The notes beneath the pieces are model-generated. The model was not told where the DNA came from. It was given only the letters and a program-made list of their open reading frames with translations, and made no database searches. Below, piece by piece: positions 20,595 to 30,522 of a DNA stretch of 64,000 bases; the first letter of the stretch is position 1; the number at the start of each line of letters is the position of its first letter. This stretch comes from Bacteroidia bacterium (GTDB lineage Bacteria > Bacteroidota > Bacteroidia > NS11-12g > UBA9320). The position numbers and the translations under genes are program-made. The stretch covers positions 192,001-256,000 of the forward strand of contig CBDCFW010000004.1 in the NCBI GenBank assembly GCA_965216465.1, in the 5' to 3' direction.

Positions 20595-21982
20595 TGAGTT
20601 TCGATATTATACACATCATTTATTTACTGGCCTCAGTTACGTTTATTCTAGGGCTAAAAATGCTAAGTAACCCGAAAACGGCAAGAAACGGAAATTTACT
20701 AGCTGCGGCAGGTATGGTAGCAGCTATTGTTGCAACCATCGTTTTTCATGAAGGAACAGTTAGTTCAACAGTTTACTACTTAATCTTTGGAGCAATTGCT
20801 TTGGGAACTATAGTAGGTTGGTTAACAGCCAAACGCGTACAAATGACTAAGATGCCAGAACTTGTTTCTCTCTTCAATGGTATGGGAGGTGCATGTGCCG
20901 GATTAATTGGACTTATAGAATTTCCAGAAATAGCAGCTCATCACCCCGAAAAACTTGGAATAGTACTTTCAGGTATGGTGATTGGATCAGTTTCTTTCAG
21001 TGGAAGTATGATTGCCTGGGCTAAACTTAATGGTACATTAAGAAAAGCCATCCGACTGCCTAAGTACAATATTTTAAACACGATTTTATTGCTAGGTTTA
21101 GTTGCTTATGCCGTTTGGATTTCAGTTACTGGAAGTACAGATACTATGCACGTGTACTTGCTCTTTACTCTTGCACTTGTTTATGGTGTAATGTTCGTAG
21201 TTCCAATTGGAGGTGCAGACATGCCAGTTGTTATTTCGTTACTTAATTCATTTACAGGATTAGCAGCTGCTTTTGGCGGCTTCTTATACGGAAACCAAGT
21301 CATGCTAACCGGAGGTATTTTGGTAGGTTCTGCGGGTACCTTACTTACCTTGGTGATGTGTAAGGCGATGAATAGACCATTACAAAATGTAATTTTTGGT
21401 GCCTTTGGAGATGGTGCCGCGGCTGCATCAAGTGATGGACCTCAAGGAACAATTACCGAAGTTGGTCCGAGCGATTTAGCCGTTCAAATGAACTACAGCA
21501 GCAAGATTTTAATTGTTCCTGGTTATGGACTTGCGGTGGCTCAAGCACAACACGTAATTAAAGAATTAGAGCAAATCTTAGAAGAAAGAGGAGTTGAAGT
21601 GGCCTATGCCATACACCCAGTGGCAGGACGTATGCCAGGACATATGAACGTATTGCTTGCAGAAAGTAATGTTGAATACGATAAGTTGAAAGAAATGGAA
21701 GATGTAAACCCAGAGTTCGCTCAAACCGATGTCGTACTTGTTGTAGGAGCCAATGATGTGGTTAACCCCGCTGCGAAAACCGACCCTGCAAGCCCTATTT
21801 ATGGAATGCCAATTCTTGAAGTAGAGAATGCCAAAAATGTTGTAGTCAACAAACGGAGTATGAATGCAGGTTACGCAGGTATTCAAAATGAACTTTTCTT
21901 TAGAGATAAGACAAGTATGTTGTTTGGTGATGCCAAGAAAGTGCTGACCGATTTAGTAAGCGAATTGAAGGCCTTGAGTTAA
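20594..21982 (+). CDS. pntB: NAD(P) transhydrogenase beta subunit
   Basis: GGADMPVVISLLNS, HPVAGRMPGHMNVLLAE, GANDVVNP. Confidence 0.97.
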   Translation: MSFDIIHIIYLLASVTFILGLKMLSNPKTARNGNLLAAAGMVAAIVATIVFHEGTVSSTVYYLIFGAIALGTIVGWLTAKRVQMTKMPELVSLFNGMGGACAGLIGLIEFPEIAAHHPEKLGIVLSGMVIGSVSFSGSMIAWAKLNGTLRKAIRLPKYNILNTILLLGLVAYAVWISVTGSTDTMHVYLLFTLALVYGVMFVVPIGGADMPVVISLLNSFTGLAAAFGGFLYGNQVMLTGGILVGSAGTLLTLVMCKAMNRPLQNVIFGAFGDGAAAASSDGPQGTITEVGPSDLAVQMNYSSKILIVPGYGLAVAQAQHVIKELEQILEERGVEVAYAIHPVAGRMPGHMNVLLAESNVEYDKLKEMEDVNPEFAQTDVVLVVGANDVVNPAAKTDPASPIYGMPILEVENAKNVVVNKRSMNAGYAGIQNELFFRDKTSMLFGDAKKVLTDLVSELKALS

Positions 21983-22099
21983 GCCATCAATGTTGCTCAT
22001 TTGCTAAATAGGGTTCTTTAATCTAAAAAATATTTCTGTCGTTTTCCGACCATAATTGGTCGTTAATTTTTGATAATGTGGTATTTGAGTTACTATATT

Positions 22100-23002
22100 A
22101 TGGGTATGACAGATTTACAAACTTTACTGATTTGGGGTGTACCCATTCTAATTATCCTTTTACTTTCATTCTTTACGATAAAGCAGCAAACGGCGGCAAT
22201 TATTGAACGATTTGGTAAGTATCAAAGCACAAGACGTGCTGGTTTACAAATGAAGATTCCTGTAATCGATAAGATAGCAGGAAAGATTTCGCTAAAAATT
22301 CAGCAATTGGATGTAATTGTTGAAACTAAAACCAGCGACGATGTTTTTGTGAAAACAAAAGTATCCGTACAATACGTAATTATTCCTTCACAGGTTTATG
22401 ACGCCTTTTATAGACTCGATGATCCAATGGCTCAAATTACCTCCTACGTTTTTGACGTGGTAAGAGCTGAGGTTCCTAAGATGAAGTTAGACGACGTCTT
22501 TGAAAGAAAAGACGATATCGCCATAGCCATAAAAAGTGAACTTTCAGGTGCAATGCAGTCGTATGGCTACGACATTGTAAAAGCCTTGGTAACTGATATT
22601 GATCCTGCAGAAGAGGTTAAAGTTGCCATGAACCGTATTAACGCTTCTGAGCGTGAGAAAGTGGCTGCTGAATACGAGTCGGAAGCTGAACGTATCAGAA
22701 TTGTTGCGAAAGCAAAAGCCGAGGCAGAAAGCAAGCGTTTGCAAGGACAAGGTATTGCAGACCAACGTAGAGAGATTGCTCGCGGACTTGAAGAGAGTGT
22801 TAATCAGCTCAACAAAGCTGGAATCAATCCTAATGAGGCTTCATCTCTGATTGTAATTACCCAGCATTACGATACACTTCATTCTATAGGTGCTAGCAAT
22901 AAGAGTAACTTAGTATTATTGCCAAATTCGCCCGCAGCAGCGAACGACATGCTCAATAATATGGTAGCAGCTCTTACAGCGACAAATAAGATGGCTAAGT
23001 AG
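22100..23002 (+). CDS. SPFH/band 7 domain membrane protein
   Basis: N-terminal TM, IIERFGK, YVFDVVRAEVP, LQGQGIADQR; start at ATG 22100 or 22106. Confidence 0.9.
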   Translation: MGMTDLQTLLIWGVPILIILLLSFFTIKQQTAAIIERFGKYQSTRRAGLQMKIPVIDKIAGKISLKIQQLDVIVETKTSDDVFVKTKVSVQYVIIPSQVYDAFYRLDDPMAQITSYVFDVVRAEVPKMKLDDVFERKDDIAIAIKSELSGAMQSYGYDIVKALVTDIDPAEEVKVAMNRINASEREKVAAEYESEAERIRIVAKAKAEAESKRLQGQGIADQRREIARGLEESVNQLNKAGINPNEASSLIVITQHYDTLHSIGASNKSNLVLLPNSPAAANDMLNNMVAALTATNKMAK

Positions 23003-23023
23003 AAATACAAAATCCAGACTTAC

Positions 23024-23056
23024 AACTCCAATAATTCTTTATTGGAGTTTTTTTTT
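23024..23056 (+). terminator. Intrinsic terminator after the SPFH gene
   Basis: aactccaataa-ttct-ttattggagtt plus T run. Confidence 0.85.
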
Positions 23057-23109
23057 GTTAAGTATGAGCGTGCAGCCATTTAAATTTTACATTTGACACT
23101 CGAATCGTT

Positions 23110-23787
23110 TTGAACAACTTATTTTACACCAGTCAAATCAAGAATCAGAAGATTTTTTTGGAAGGACAAGAAGCCGCACATTGTGCTTTAGTTCTCCGCA
23201 AAAAGCCTGGAGATATAATCTATGCATTAGATGGCAACGGCAATCAATACAAGTGTGGAATTGATTCAGTTTCAAAGCGAGGAGTTGAATGCTCAATTAT
23301 AAGTTCAGAGTTTAAGGAAGGCACTGAGCAACTTACTCTGGCAATTGCACCAACTAAGAATAGAGATCGGTTAGAGTGGATGGTCGAAAAACTCGTTGAA
23401 ATAGGAGTTGCTCAAATCATCTTGATGCATACTTCCAATACGGAACGTAGCAGAACAAATCTTGAACGTTTAGAAAAGAAAGCGATCTCTGCGACTAAAC
23501 AAAGTCTTCGATTTTATATCCCAAGTATTGTAGAAATGTCGTTTGATGACGTAATTGCATTAGACTTTCAATACAAATACATTGCACATTGTTTTGATAG
23601 TCAGCCGAAGTCTAAAGAGATGCATAACGACACCAAAACGCTCTTACTAATTGGTCCAGAAGGCGATTTTAGCAATACTGAGATTGAAAAGGCATTTGAA
23701 GCGGGATTTTTAGGACTTGATCTTGGAGAATTTAGACTTAGAACAGAAACAGCTGCGATTGTAGCCGCAGCCAGATATCAAAATTGA
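23110..23787 (+). CDS. rsmE: 16S rRNA m3U1498 methyltransferase
   Basis: H..VLR, EKLVEIG, IGPEGDFS, RLRTETA. Confidence 0.93.
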   Translation: MNNLFYTSQIKNQKIFLEGQEAAHCALVLRKKPGDIIYALDGNGNQYKCGIDSVSKRGVECSIISSEFKEGTEQLTLAIAPTKNRDRLEWMVEKLVEIGVAQIILMHTSNTERSRTNLERLEKKAISATKQSLRFYIPSIVEMSFDDVIALDFQYKYIAHCFDSQPKSKEMHNDTKTLLLIGPEGDFSNTEIEKAFEAGFLGLDLGEFRLRTETAAIVAAARYQN

Positions 23788-24458
23788 ATAAAGAACGTTA
23801 TACTTACGTGAGATACTTTTTAATCATATTCGTTTCTTTAATGCTGACCAGCTTTACTACGGAGCATAGTGTTAAGATAGCAAAGATGAAATACTATGGA
23901 GGTGGAGATTGGTATAGTAATCGTACCGCCTTACCAAATCTTGCAAAGTTTTGCAACGAGAACTTGGGCACAGATATTAACCCACAAGATGAGGTAGTTG
24001 AACCTGGAAGTAAAGAGATTTTCAACTACAGCTATGTGTACCTCACGGGCCATGGTAATGTTGTTTTTAGCAATGAAGAAGCCCAAAATCTTAGAGCCTA
24101 TCTTTTGGCAGGAGGATTCTTACACATTGACGATAACTATGGTCTAGACAAATACATCCGTCCAGAAATGAAAAAGGTATTTCCTGAACTCGAGTTTGTA
24201 GAATTGCCTTTTAGTCACGAGATCTACAATCAGAAGTATAGTTTTCCTAAGGGGCTTCCAAAAATCCATGAACACGATGGCAAGGCTCCGCAAGGATTTG
24301 GTTTGATCTATAAAGGAAGATTAGTTTGTTTTTACGATTATGAGTGCGATTTAGGAAACGGCTGGGAAGATGCCGGCATTTATAACGATAGCGAAGAAAT
24401 TCGAACCAAAGCGTTACAAATGGGAGCAAACATTATTCAATACGCTTTTAGCCACTAG
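23784..24458 (+). CDS. DUF4159 domain protein
   Basis: GGGDWY, YLTGHG, GGFLHIDDNYG, DLGNGWED. Confidence 0.85.
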   Translation: MNKERYTYVRYFLIIFVSLMLTSFTTEHSVKIAKMKYYGGGDWYSNRTALPNLAKFCNENLGTDINPQDEVVEPGSKEIFNYSYVYLTGHGNVVFSNEEAQNLRAYLLAGGFLHIDDNYGLDKYIRPEMKKVFPELEFVELPFSHEIYNQKYSFPKGLPKIHEHDGKAPQGFGLIYKGRLVCFYDYECDLGNGWEDAGIYNDSEEIRTKALQMGANIIQYAFSH

Positions 24459-26929
24459 TCAAGAAACAACTCAATATAACTGCACTCTGTAGTAGCATTT
24501 TTATACGTTGTTGTTTCATAAAATTCTTCCTTAAACTTTTTAAGAAAAGGATTGGTTAGACTATGATACGTGTATGAATCGTATTCAACTCCATCTACAT
24601 CAATCAATACCCATTCTCTCCAAGTAAAATCACCGTGGTCTACCAGTTCCGAATCGTTAATTGGTGCTCTGGATTGATGACATCGAGCCAATAGAAAGCA
24701 GGCCATGGCTTTAGCTTCTTGATTTTCTAAATTTTCATACGCCAGCTGCAGGTACTTCTCAGCAGTATAGAGATTGTAGTAATCAAATGCATCCCTGTAT
24801 GGTGTGAACTTGAAAGTTTTAAAAGGATAAGTGAACCAAGCATGAGCCTCAAATTCAGTTACATCGTAGTAAAATACTTTGTGATTGTAATCCGTATTTA
24901 AATGATAGCTTAGCCCGCTATCATCGGAAATAGAGTTGTGACCATGACCAGAACTGCTAAATAAGTACATGCCATAGTTAAGGAAGTCTTGACCTTTAGC
25001 TAACTCCCCATTTGCTTTATTCTTGAGTTTTTGTCCTAAGTCAAGGTAGGCATCCAAACTCATAAATGGTCGTGTTGAATCAATTGCAATTGGATGACGA
25101 TAGCCATCGTAATGCATTATAAATGGACTGTAATAATTTCGCGTTTTAGTATAAGTAGTATTGGAGGAAATTGCATTTTTTGCTTTTATCCAGTTTTGGT
25201 CTCTTACGTGTTTGTAGAATTCGAGGTGGCCTTCTTTCTGGCTTTCTACCATAACCTTTATTCCATTATGCAAAAACCATTTTAAAATATTCGATTCAGA
25301 TCGTTTTATTCTTGATTTCATAGTTAAGAACTCATCTGTTTTAACCGTGTAATTTAGCAATGCCGAGGCAACCATCGACTCAGATATTTTTACTGATTTT
25401 GTACTACCATAGTGATCTGCATAAGCCCATAGTACAAGAGCGTCTAACGGTTTATTCGCTTTATTGTACAAATGAGGAGCGATGAAGTCATGAATCAAAA
25501 ACTTCAATTTGTGATGGTTTACATGATCCTCTTTATAGGCTTCTGTGAAGGTTAATATTTCAGCGATTCGGTCGTCGGAAACAACACTTTTTTCTCGAAT
25601 CATGAGCAGCATACGGTTAATTTTTAGCTGTCGTGTATTTTTTAATCCTGTAAAGTTGGCCACGTTCAGAAGCTCGGGTTCAACATTATGGCCTAGCAGA
25701 ATTTTCATGTATGCTTCACCATTCATTAGCATCTGCTTTGTTGCAGAAGAAAGTGGCTTTGTTCTCAGCTTGGCAGTAACTTCAAGAAATTGCTCCATGT
25801 TGTAATCATGGTCATCGTTATTTGAGAATTCATACTTGCTGTACTTAGATAAAAAGTCGGATGACTCCAGATGAGCCTGCAGGCTAAAAAATTCAATTTT
25901 TTGCAATTCTCGTGTCCAAATAAACCGCAGAATACGTTCATCTTTTAGCTCTAGAAGTTCGTTGTAAAATGCTTCAGTCGAAGCATCATGCTGTACAGCA
26001 GAATAGCCCACAAGAACATCAATCTTTTCTTGATCATTTCTAGAATGCTTAAGTGCAGATTGTAAGTCAATATCATCACCCAACCAATTCAAATCAATGT
26101 ACGTTTGAAAGTGTGATTCGCTGCCTCTGTTAAATCTTTTGGCATAAAGAACAAAAGCCTTGTTTGGGTCTCCAAATCGAGCTTCAAGTCCAGCCTCTAA
26201 ACCCATTAACCACTCCTGAATAATTGAAGATTTAAAGGGTTTTTGGTTGGGTTTAGCGTAGGTTTTAAAATAGCTGTTGGCCAATTCATAATCCTTGTTA
26301 AAGTATGCACTTCGAACAAGATGATAAGCCAATCTTTCTTTTAAAAAAACACTAAGTCTATCTTTTCTAGCGGTTAGCTTATTGTACAGATTAATGCTTA
26401 ATTTTTGATTTTCATTTAGCTTATCGTCGTCAGCTTTACCTACGTGATATGCATAATTCCACTCATCTGTAAATCTACTTGAGCGATATGAATAATCTTG
26501 AATGAGATAAACATAAGTAAGTAAATCTTCATCGTTATAAAGGGTTTTGTACAGCGAGATATTAGAAGAAGTTTTAATATCGGAAATCGGTAGCTTTTTC
26601 TTTTTGCCTTTGTGCAGTTTTATCAGATCGAGTAGATGATTTCCATATACCAAATTACTGACTTCATCAGTTTTGCTTTCAGCTTTCAGAATTCTAGCCC
26701 ACTCTAGTATATTTTTAGATGGGTCATTCTCATCATCTTCATAATACGGATTACCATAGGTAAACGTGTAAGGTTCAAACTGGTATTGAAACAAAAAGTC
26801 GCTTTCTTGAATAGGATTGATAAACAAGCTAAAAGTTTCGATGTCAGACAAAGACATTCCGCAGCTAAAGCTTAAGTGTGTTATGATTAACGAAAGAGCA
26901 ACAGTTATGTATCTAATCCAATATTTCAT
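24455..26929 (-). CDS. Large exported hypothetical protein (824 aa), predicted helical
   Basis: Signal peptide ending SFS|CG; long ORF overlapping the upstream lipoprotein gene by 17 nt; conserved-looking C-terminal LARC...ECSY. Confidence 0.75.
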   Translation of the reverse strand: MKYWIRYITVALSLIITHLSFSCGMSLSDIETFSLFINPIQESDFLFQYQFEPYTFTYGNPYYEDDENDPSKNILEWARILKAESKTDEVSNLVYGNHLLDLIKLHKGKKKKLPISDIKTSSNISLYKTLYNDEDLLTYVYLIQDYSYRSSRFTDEWNYAYHVGKADDDKLNENQKLSINLYNKLTARKDRLSVFLKERLAYHLVRSAYFNKDYELANSYFKTYAKPNQKPFKSSIIQEWLMGLEAGLEARFGDPNKAFVLYAKRFNRGSESHFQTYIDLNWLGDDIDLQSALKHSRNDQEKIDVLVGYSAVQHDASTEAFYNELLELKDERILRFIWTRELQKIEFFSLQAHLESSDFLSKYSKYEFSNNDDHDYNMEQFLEVTAKLRTKPLSSATKQMLMNGEAYMKILLGHNVEPELLNVANFTGLKNTRQLKINRMLLMIREKSVVSDDRIAEILTFTEAYKEDHVNHHKLKFLIHDFIAPHLYNKANKPLDALVLWAYADHYGSTKSVKISESMVASALLNYTVKTDEFLTMKSRIKRSESNILKWFLHNGIKVMVESQKEGHLEFYKHVRDQNWIKAKNAISSNTTYTKTRNYYSPFIMHYDGYRHPIAIDSTRPFMSLDAYLDLGQKLKNKANGELAKGQDFLNYGMYLFSSSGHGHNSISDDSGLSYHLNTDYNHKVFYYDVTEFEAHAWFTYPFKTFKFTPYRDAFDYYNLYTAEKYLQLAYENLENQEAKAMACFLLARCHQSRAPINDSELVDHGDFTWREWVLIDVDGVEYDSYTYHSLTNPFLKKFKEEFYETTTYKNATTECSYIELFLD

Positions 26930-27917
26930 TGTCGAAGTTTTTTAGTGAGTTTTCGTTTAGGTCGAAGAATATTAATTCTCCAGTCCAGGTTTTTAAATTC
27001 TTTTTTAAAAGTTTCATTGAGGCTTGTAGATCCTCTTCGGTAGTCGACTCAAATCGAACAACATCGTTTACTTTAATTTTAGGGTTCTTCCAAGAATAAG
27101 TGGCACAGCGATATCGATTGTTATCTAATTTTTCAAAATATTTTGATAACTCAGAGTCATCGACGTGAGTTATTCCAACAAATTCATCCTTTTGGTAGAC
27201 TAAATGCCAATTAAATATAGGCAAGGCTATAGCTAGCGGTATGTTGTTGTACGAAGTCGGTTTATTTAGGTATTGTTGAATTACCTTTTCATCAAAAATA
27301 GAATTGTGTGCTTCAATACTTTTCAGGTTACCCATGTTATAACACATTAAAACACCATAGTCGATAGGTGGAATTCCCGTTTTTTCGGGGTATTTAATTT
27401 GATGAAGTCGAATGGTTGCAGAAATAGTAAGCTCACTTACTCGCTTCAATTCTTCTAAAAAGTAGAAAAATGCCTCTGCAGTGCTAGCTGTCCAATCGCA
27501 GTCAATTTGAACTTCCGTTACACTTAGATTCTTGTATTCCCAACTTGTAGTAACTAGCCTTAAAAGATTATCGGCAAGTTGAGTTAATTCTTCTTTCGAG
27601 CGACCACTTTGTAAGCTCAAATTTTTGAAAACTTCATTCTTAATATACACTACAGGAACATAGTTTACTTCTTGCACCGGTTCATCATTCCATTGAATAA
27701 CATTCTGCGGGGAAGCAGTATTTCTATGCGAATTTTCAAGGTCGCATAAGCGGAGGTATATTTTTTTTGAATGGTGGCTTTCTAAAGCTTTTGATTCAAC
27801 AGCCGAGAGAGAATGTGTGGTTCGCCAATAATAAAAGTTCTTTTCTTTGATGCCATTGGTGCAGGAGGCGGTGAATAAGGCGATTCCAAAAACTGCTGCT
27901 AGCGGCTTGAATTTCAT
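26913..27917 (-). CDS. Lipoprotein, DUF3142-like / GH18-like TIM barrel
   Basis: Lipobox TASC; FYYWRT, EVQIDCDWT, SATIRLHQ, VLMCYNMG, ALPIFNW. Confidence 0.7.
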   Translation of the reverse strand: MKFKPLAAVFGIALFTASCTNGIKEKNFYYWRTTHSLSAVESKALESHHSKKIYLRLCDLENSHRNTASPQNVIQWNDEPVQEVNYVPVVYIKNEVFKNLSLQSGRSKEELTQLADNLLRLVTTSWEYKNLSVTEVQIDCDWTASTAEAFFYFLEELKRVSELTISATIRLHQIKYPEKTGIPPIDYGVLMCYNMGNLKSIEAHNSIFDEKVIQQYLNKPTSYNNIPLAIALPIFNWHLVYQKDEFVGITHVDDSELSKYFEKLDNNRYRCATYSWKNPKIKVNDVVRFESTTEEDLQASMKLLKKNLKTWTGELIFFDLNENSLKNFDNEILD

Positions 27918-27927
27918 GGTCAATGAA

Positions 27928-28692
27928 TCAGTTATTTAATGCTTCTTTCTTTAGTTTATTAGCTAATTCTTCGCCCAAATAATTATCAATGATAAAGTGG
28001 CCAAGATAAATTATTGGAGTCAGCACGACTGCCACCACAAATTTATAAATATAGTTGTTTACACCTACTGCAAAAACTAAAGCCCAGGTCCAATCTGCCC
28101 CCAGTTTAAACGCAATAATTAGAACCACAAAGCTATCGATGAATTGACTGATTAAAGTACTGCCTGTGGCTCGCAACCAAATTTTATTTTCACCCGTAAG
28201 TTTCTTAAGCCGCTGAAAAACCATAACATCAATAAATTGTCCAATTAAAAATGCAACCAATGAACCTAAAATTATCCAAAGACCCTGCCCAAAAACCTTG
28301 GCAAAGGCAAGCTGAAAATTAGGAACTCCATCGGCCTTCACCGACTCCGGCCACCAGTCAGCAGGAGTAGTATGGATGGCTAGGTAAACCATCACAAATG
28401 CATAGGATATTAAGCCAACTGCCATATAAGAAAGAAAGCGTACTCCTTTTTTACCAAAATACTCATTGATGATATCAGTCATTACAAATACTACGGGCCA
28501 TAACACCACGCCGGCTGTGAGATTAAAGCTCATCGTTTCGCCAAAAATGGAGTAGGTCATTGGTTCAAACCCAAAGCTTTTTTCCAGCGAGAAAATCTTC
28601 ACTCCAATAAATTCAGCGATCAAAGCGTTTGCTATAAAGAATCCGCCGAGAATAAAGAATAGCTTGTTTTCTTTCTTGCTGAAAATGTTCAT
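27928..28692 (-). CDS. yhhQ: Queuosine precursor transporter (VUT family)
   Basis: FVMTDIINEYFG, GSLVAFLIGQFID, WLRATGSTLISQFIDS. Confidence 0.9.
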   Translation of the reverse strand: MNIFSKKENKLFFILGGFFIANALIAEFIGVKIFSLEKSFGFEPMTYSIFGETMSFNLTAGVVLWPVVFVMTDIINEYFGKKGVRFLSYMAVGLISYAFVMVYLAIHTTPADWWPESVKADGVPNFQLAFAKVFGQGLWIILGSLVAFLIGQFIDVMVFQRLKKLTGENKIWLRATGSTLISQFIDSFVVLIIAFKLGADWTWALVFAVGVNNYIYKFVVAVVLTPIIYLGHFIIDNYLGEELANKLKKEALNN

Positions 28693-28771
28693 TTATTTGA
28701 GTAGTAAATTTGTGGTGTGGAAATATAGGCATAATCATTGAGGTATGACGTTATATCATTGCAACGGAATA

Positions 28772-29776
28772 ATGAAGTTCATTTACAACATAATTTTCAC
28801 CCTTCTTATAGCTGGAAGTGCACAAGCCCAGACAGCGTTAGAATGGTACAATTCAGGAATAGATAAGTTCAACGAAGGAAACATGCTTGGAGCAATCAAA
28901 GACTTCAATGCTTCTTTGGCAATAGACTCTTTGGTAGCTGAAACATATTGGGGACGAGGAAGTGTTTATGCAGAACTTGAACAATTCGATAAAGCCTTAG
29001 ACGATTTGGGCCGGTGTATACTTTTAAATCCTGCTGTTGAAGATGCGTTTTTTAACAGAGCCTATGTTTACATGAGAATGGGAGAGCCTCAATTGGCACT
29101 AAATGACTTGAATATGTACGTTTTGCTAAAACCAGATGACATGACAGGTTATTTAGCACGGCTCGAAATTTTGGTTGAATATGCCGAAGAGGAAAAAGTG
29201 TTCGCAGACCTTGAAAAAATATCGAAACTAAAAGCGAAAGATCATGGTCAGTTTACCCAAAGAGCACGTGTCCGATTTCTAATGCGTGACACAACAGGAG
29301 CATTAAAAGATTTGGATTCCGCAATTAAGATCATGCCGACTTATATGGGTGCATATTTCTTAAGAGGCAAGTACAATTACGAATGTAAAAACTACAACAA
29401 GGCGATTTCGGATTTAAATATTTACCTATTGACTAACGACAATGATCATGAAGCGTTTGTTATCAGAGGAGAGTGTTTTGCCCGGAATAGTGAGTATAGT
29501 TTAGCCATTAATGATTATTCTACAGCTATAGCAATTAAGAATGACGAACCGGTTTATTACTTTGATAGAGGATTCTTTTACCTTCAAACCGAAGAGTATA
29601 AAAAAGCACAAGCTGATTTTAAGCGAGCCATCTATTTTAGACATCACGACACTCGTTTAGCGTACTTTAACCTTGGAATTGCAGAATACAAACTCGGAAA
29701 CGAAACCGAAGCTTGCGATAACTGGAAAAAGTCAGGAAACGTGGGGATGGAATACTATACGAAGTATTGCAATTAA
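28772..29776 (+). CDS. Exported tetratricopeptide-repeat protein
   Basis: Signal peptide (AQAQ) from ATG 28772; about 8-9 TPRs (AYFLRG...KAISD). Confidence 0.85.
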   Translation: MKFIYNIIFTLLIAGSAQAQTALEWYNSGIDKFNEGNMLGAIKDFNASLAIDSLVAETYWGRGSVYAELEQFDKALDDLGRCILLNPAVEDAFFNRAYVYMRMGEPQLALNDLNMYVLLKPDDMTGYLARLEILVEYAEEEKVFADLEKISKLKAKDHGQFTQRARVRFLMRDTTGALKDLDSAIKIMPTYMGAYFLRGKYNYECKNYNKAISDLNIYLLTNDNDHEAFVIRGECFARNSEYSLAINDYSTAIAIKNDEPVYYFDRGFFYLQTEEYKKAQADFKRAIYFRHHDTRLAYFNLGIAEYKLGNETEACDNWKKSGNVGMEYYTKYCN

Positions 29777-30522
29777 GCCTTCATTTCGAAGATTTTAAAC
29801 TTGCCTAGACCCATTTTTTGAAGGCGGTATTGTAGAGATACCCACAATACTCCAAGCCCATAAATAGAGCTTCTTTTTAAGTTAATTGAACTGGCATCGT
29901 CAAAGTACTTAGTAGGGCAGGTCACCTCACCAATTTCGTAGCCCGCATAAAAGATTTGAGCAGTTATTTGGTTATCAAAAACGAAGTCGTCACTGTTCTT
30001 TTCAATATCAATCTTGTTAAATACCGAAGTATCAAAAGCACGATATCCGGTGTGATACTCGCTAAGTTTTTGATTGATGAGTATGTTTTGCGTTAGCGTT
30101 AGAATTCGGTTTGCAACATACTTATACCAAGGCATTCCACCTTTAAGAGCACCTTTCCCTAATATTCTTGAAGCATAAACAACTGGGAAAACACCATTAG
30201 CAATAATGCTACACATACTCTTAACAAGAAGAGGCGTGTATTGGTAATCGGGATGAACCATGATAGCAATATCAGCACCAACTTCAACAGCTTTATTATA
30301 GCAACTCTTTTGGTTTCCTCCATAGCCACGATTGTTGTCGTGAACAATCACATGATTAATACCAATTCTTTCAGCCAATGCTGCAGTATCATCTTTACTG
30401 GCATCGTCTACCAAAATAGTTTCATCTACGATGTCGAATGGAAGTTCGTTGTAGGTCTTTTCTAATGTTTTCGCCGCATTATATGCAGGAAAAACAACTA
30501 CAACCTTTTTACCGTCAATCAT
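29773..30522 (-). CDS. Glycosyltransferase family 2 (DPM1-like)
   Basis: PAYNA, LVDDASKD, GYGGNQK, HPDYQY, EYHTGYRA. Confidence 0.9.
   Translation of the reverse strand: MIDGKKVVVVFPAYNAAKTLEKTYNELPFDIVDETILVDDASKDDTAALAERIGINHVIVHDNNRGYGGNQKSCYNKAVEVGADIAIMVHPDYQYTPLLVKSMCSIIANGVFPVVYASRILGKGALKGGMPWYKYVANRILTLTQNILINQKLSEYHTGYRAFDTSVFNKIDIEKNSDDFVFDNQITAQIFYAGYEIGEVTCPTKYFDDASSINLKRSSIYGLGVLWVSLQYRLQKMGLGKFKIFEMKA

Noticed and set aside
28693-28771. preQ1 riboswitch upstream of yhhQ
   Set aside because: Short intergenic region with no recognisable preQ1 stem-loop or A-rich tail
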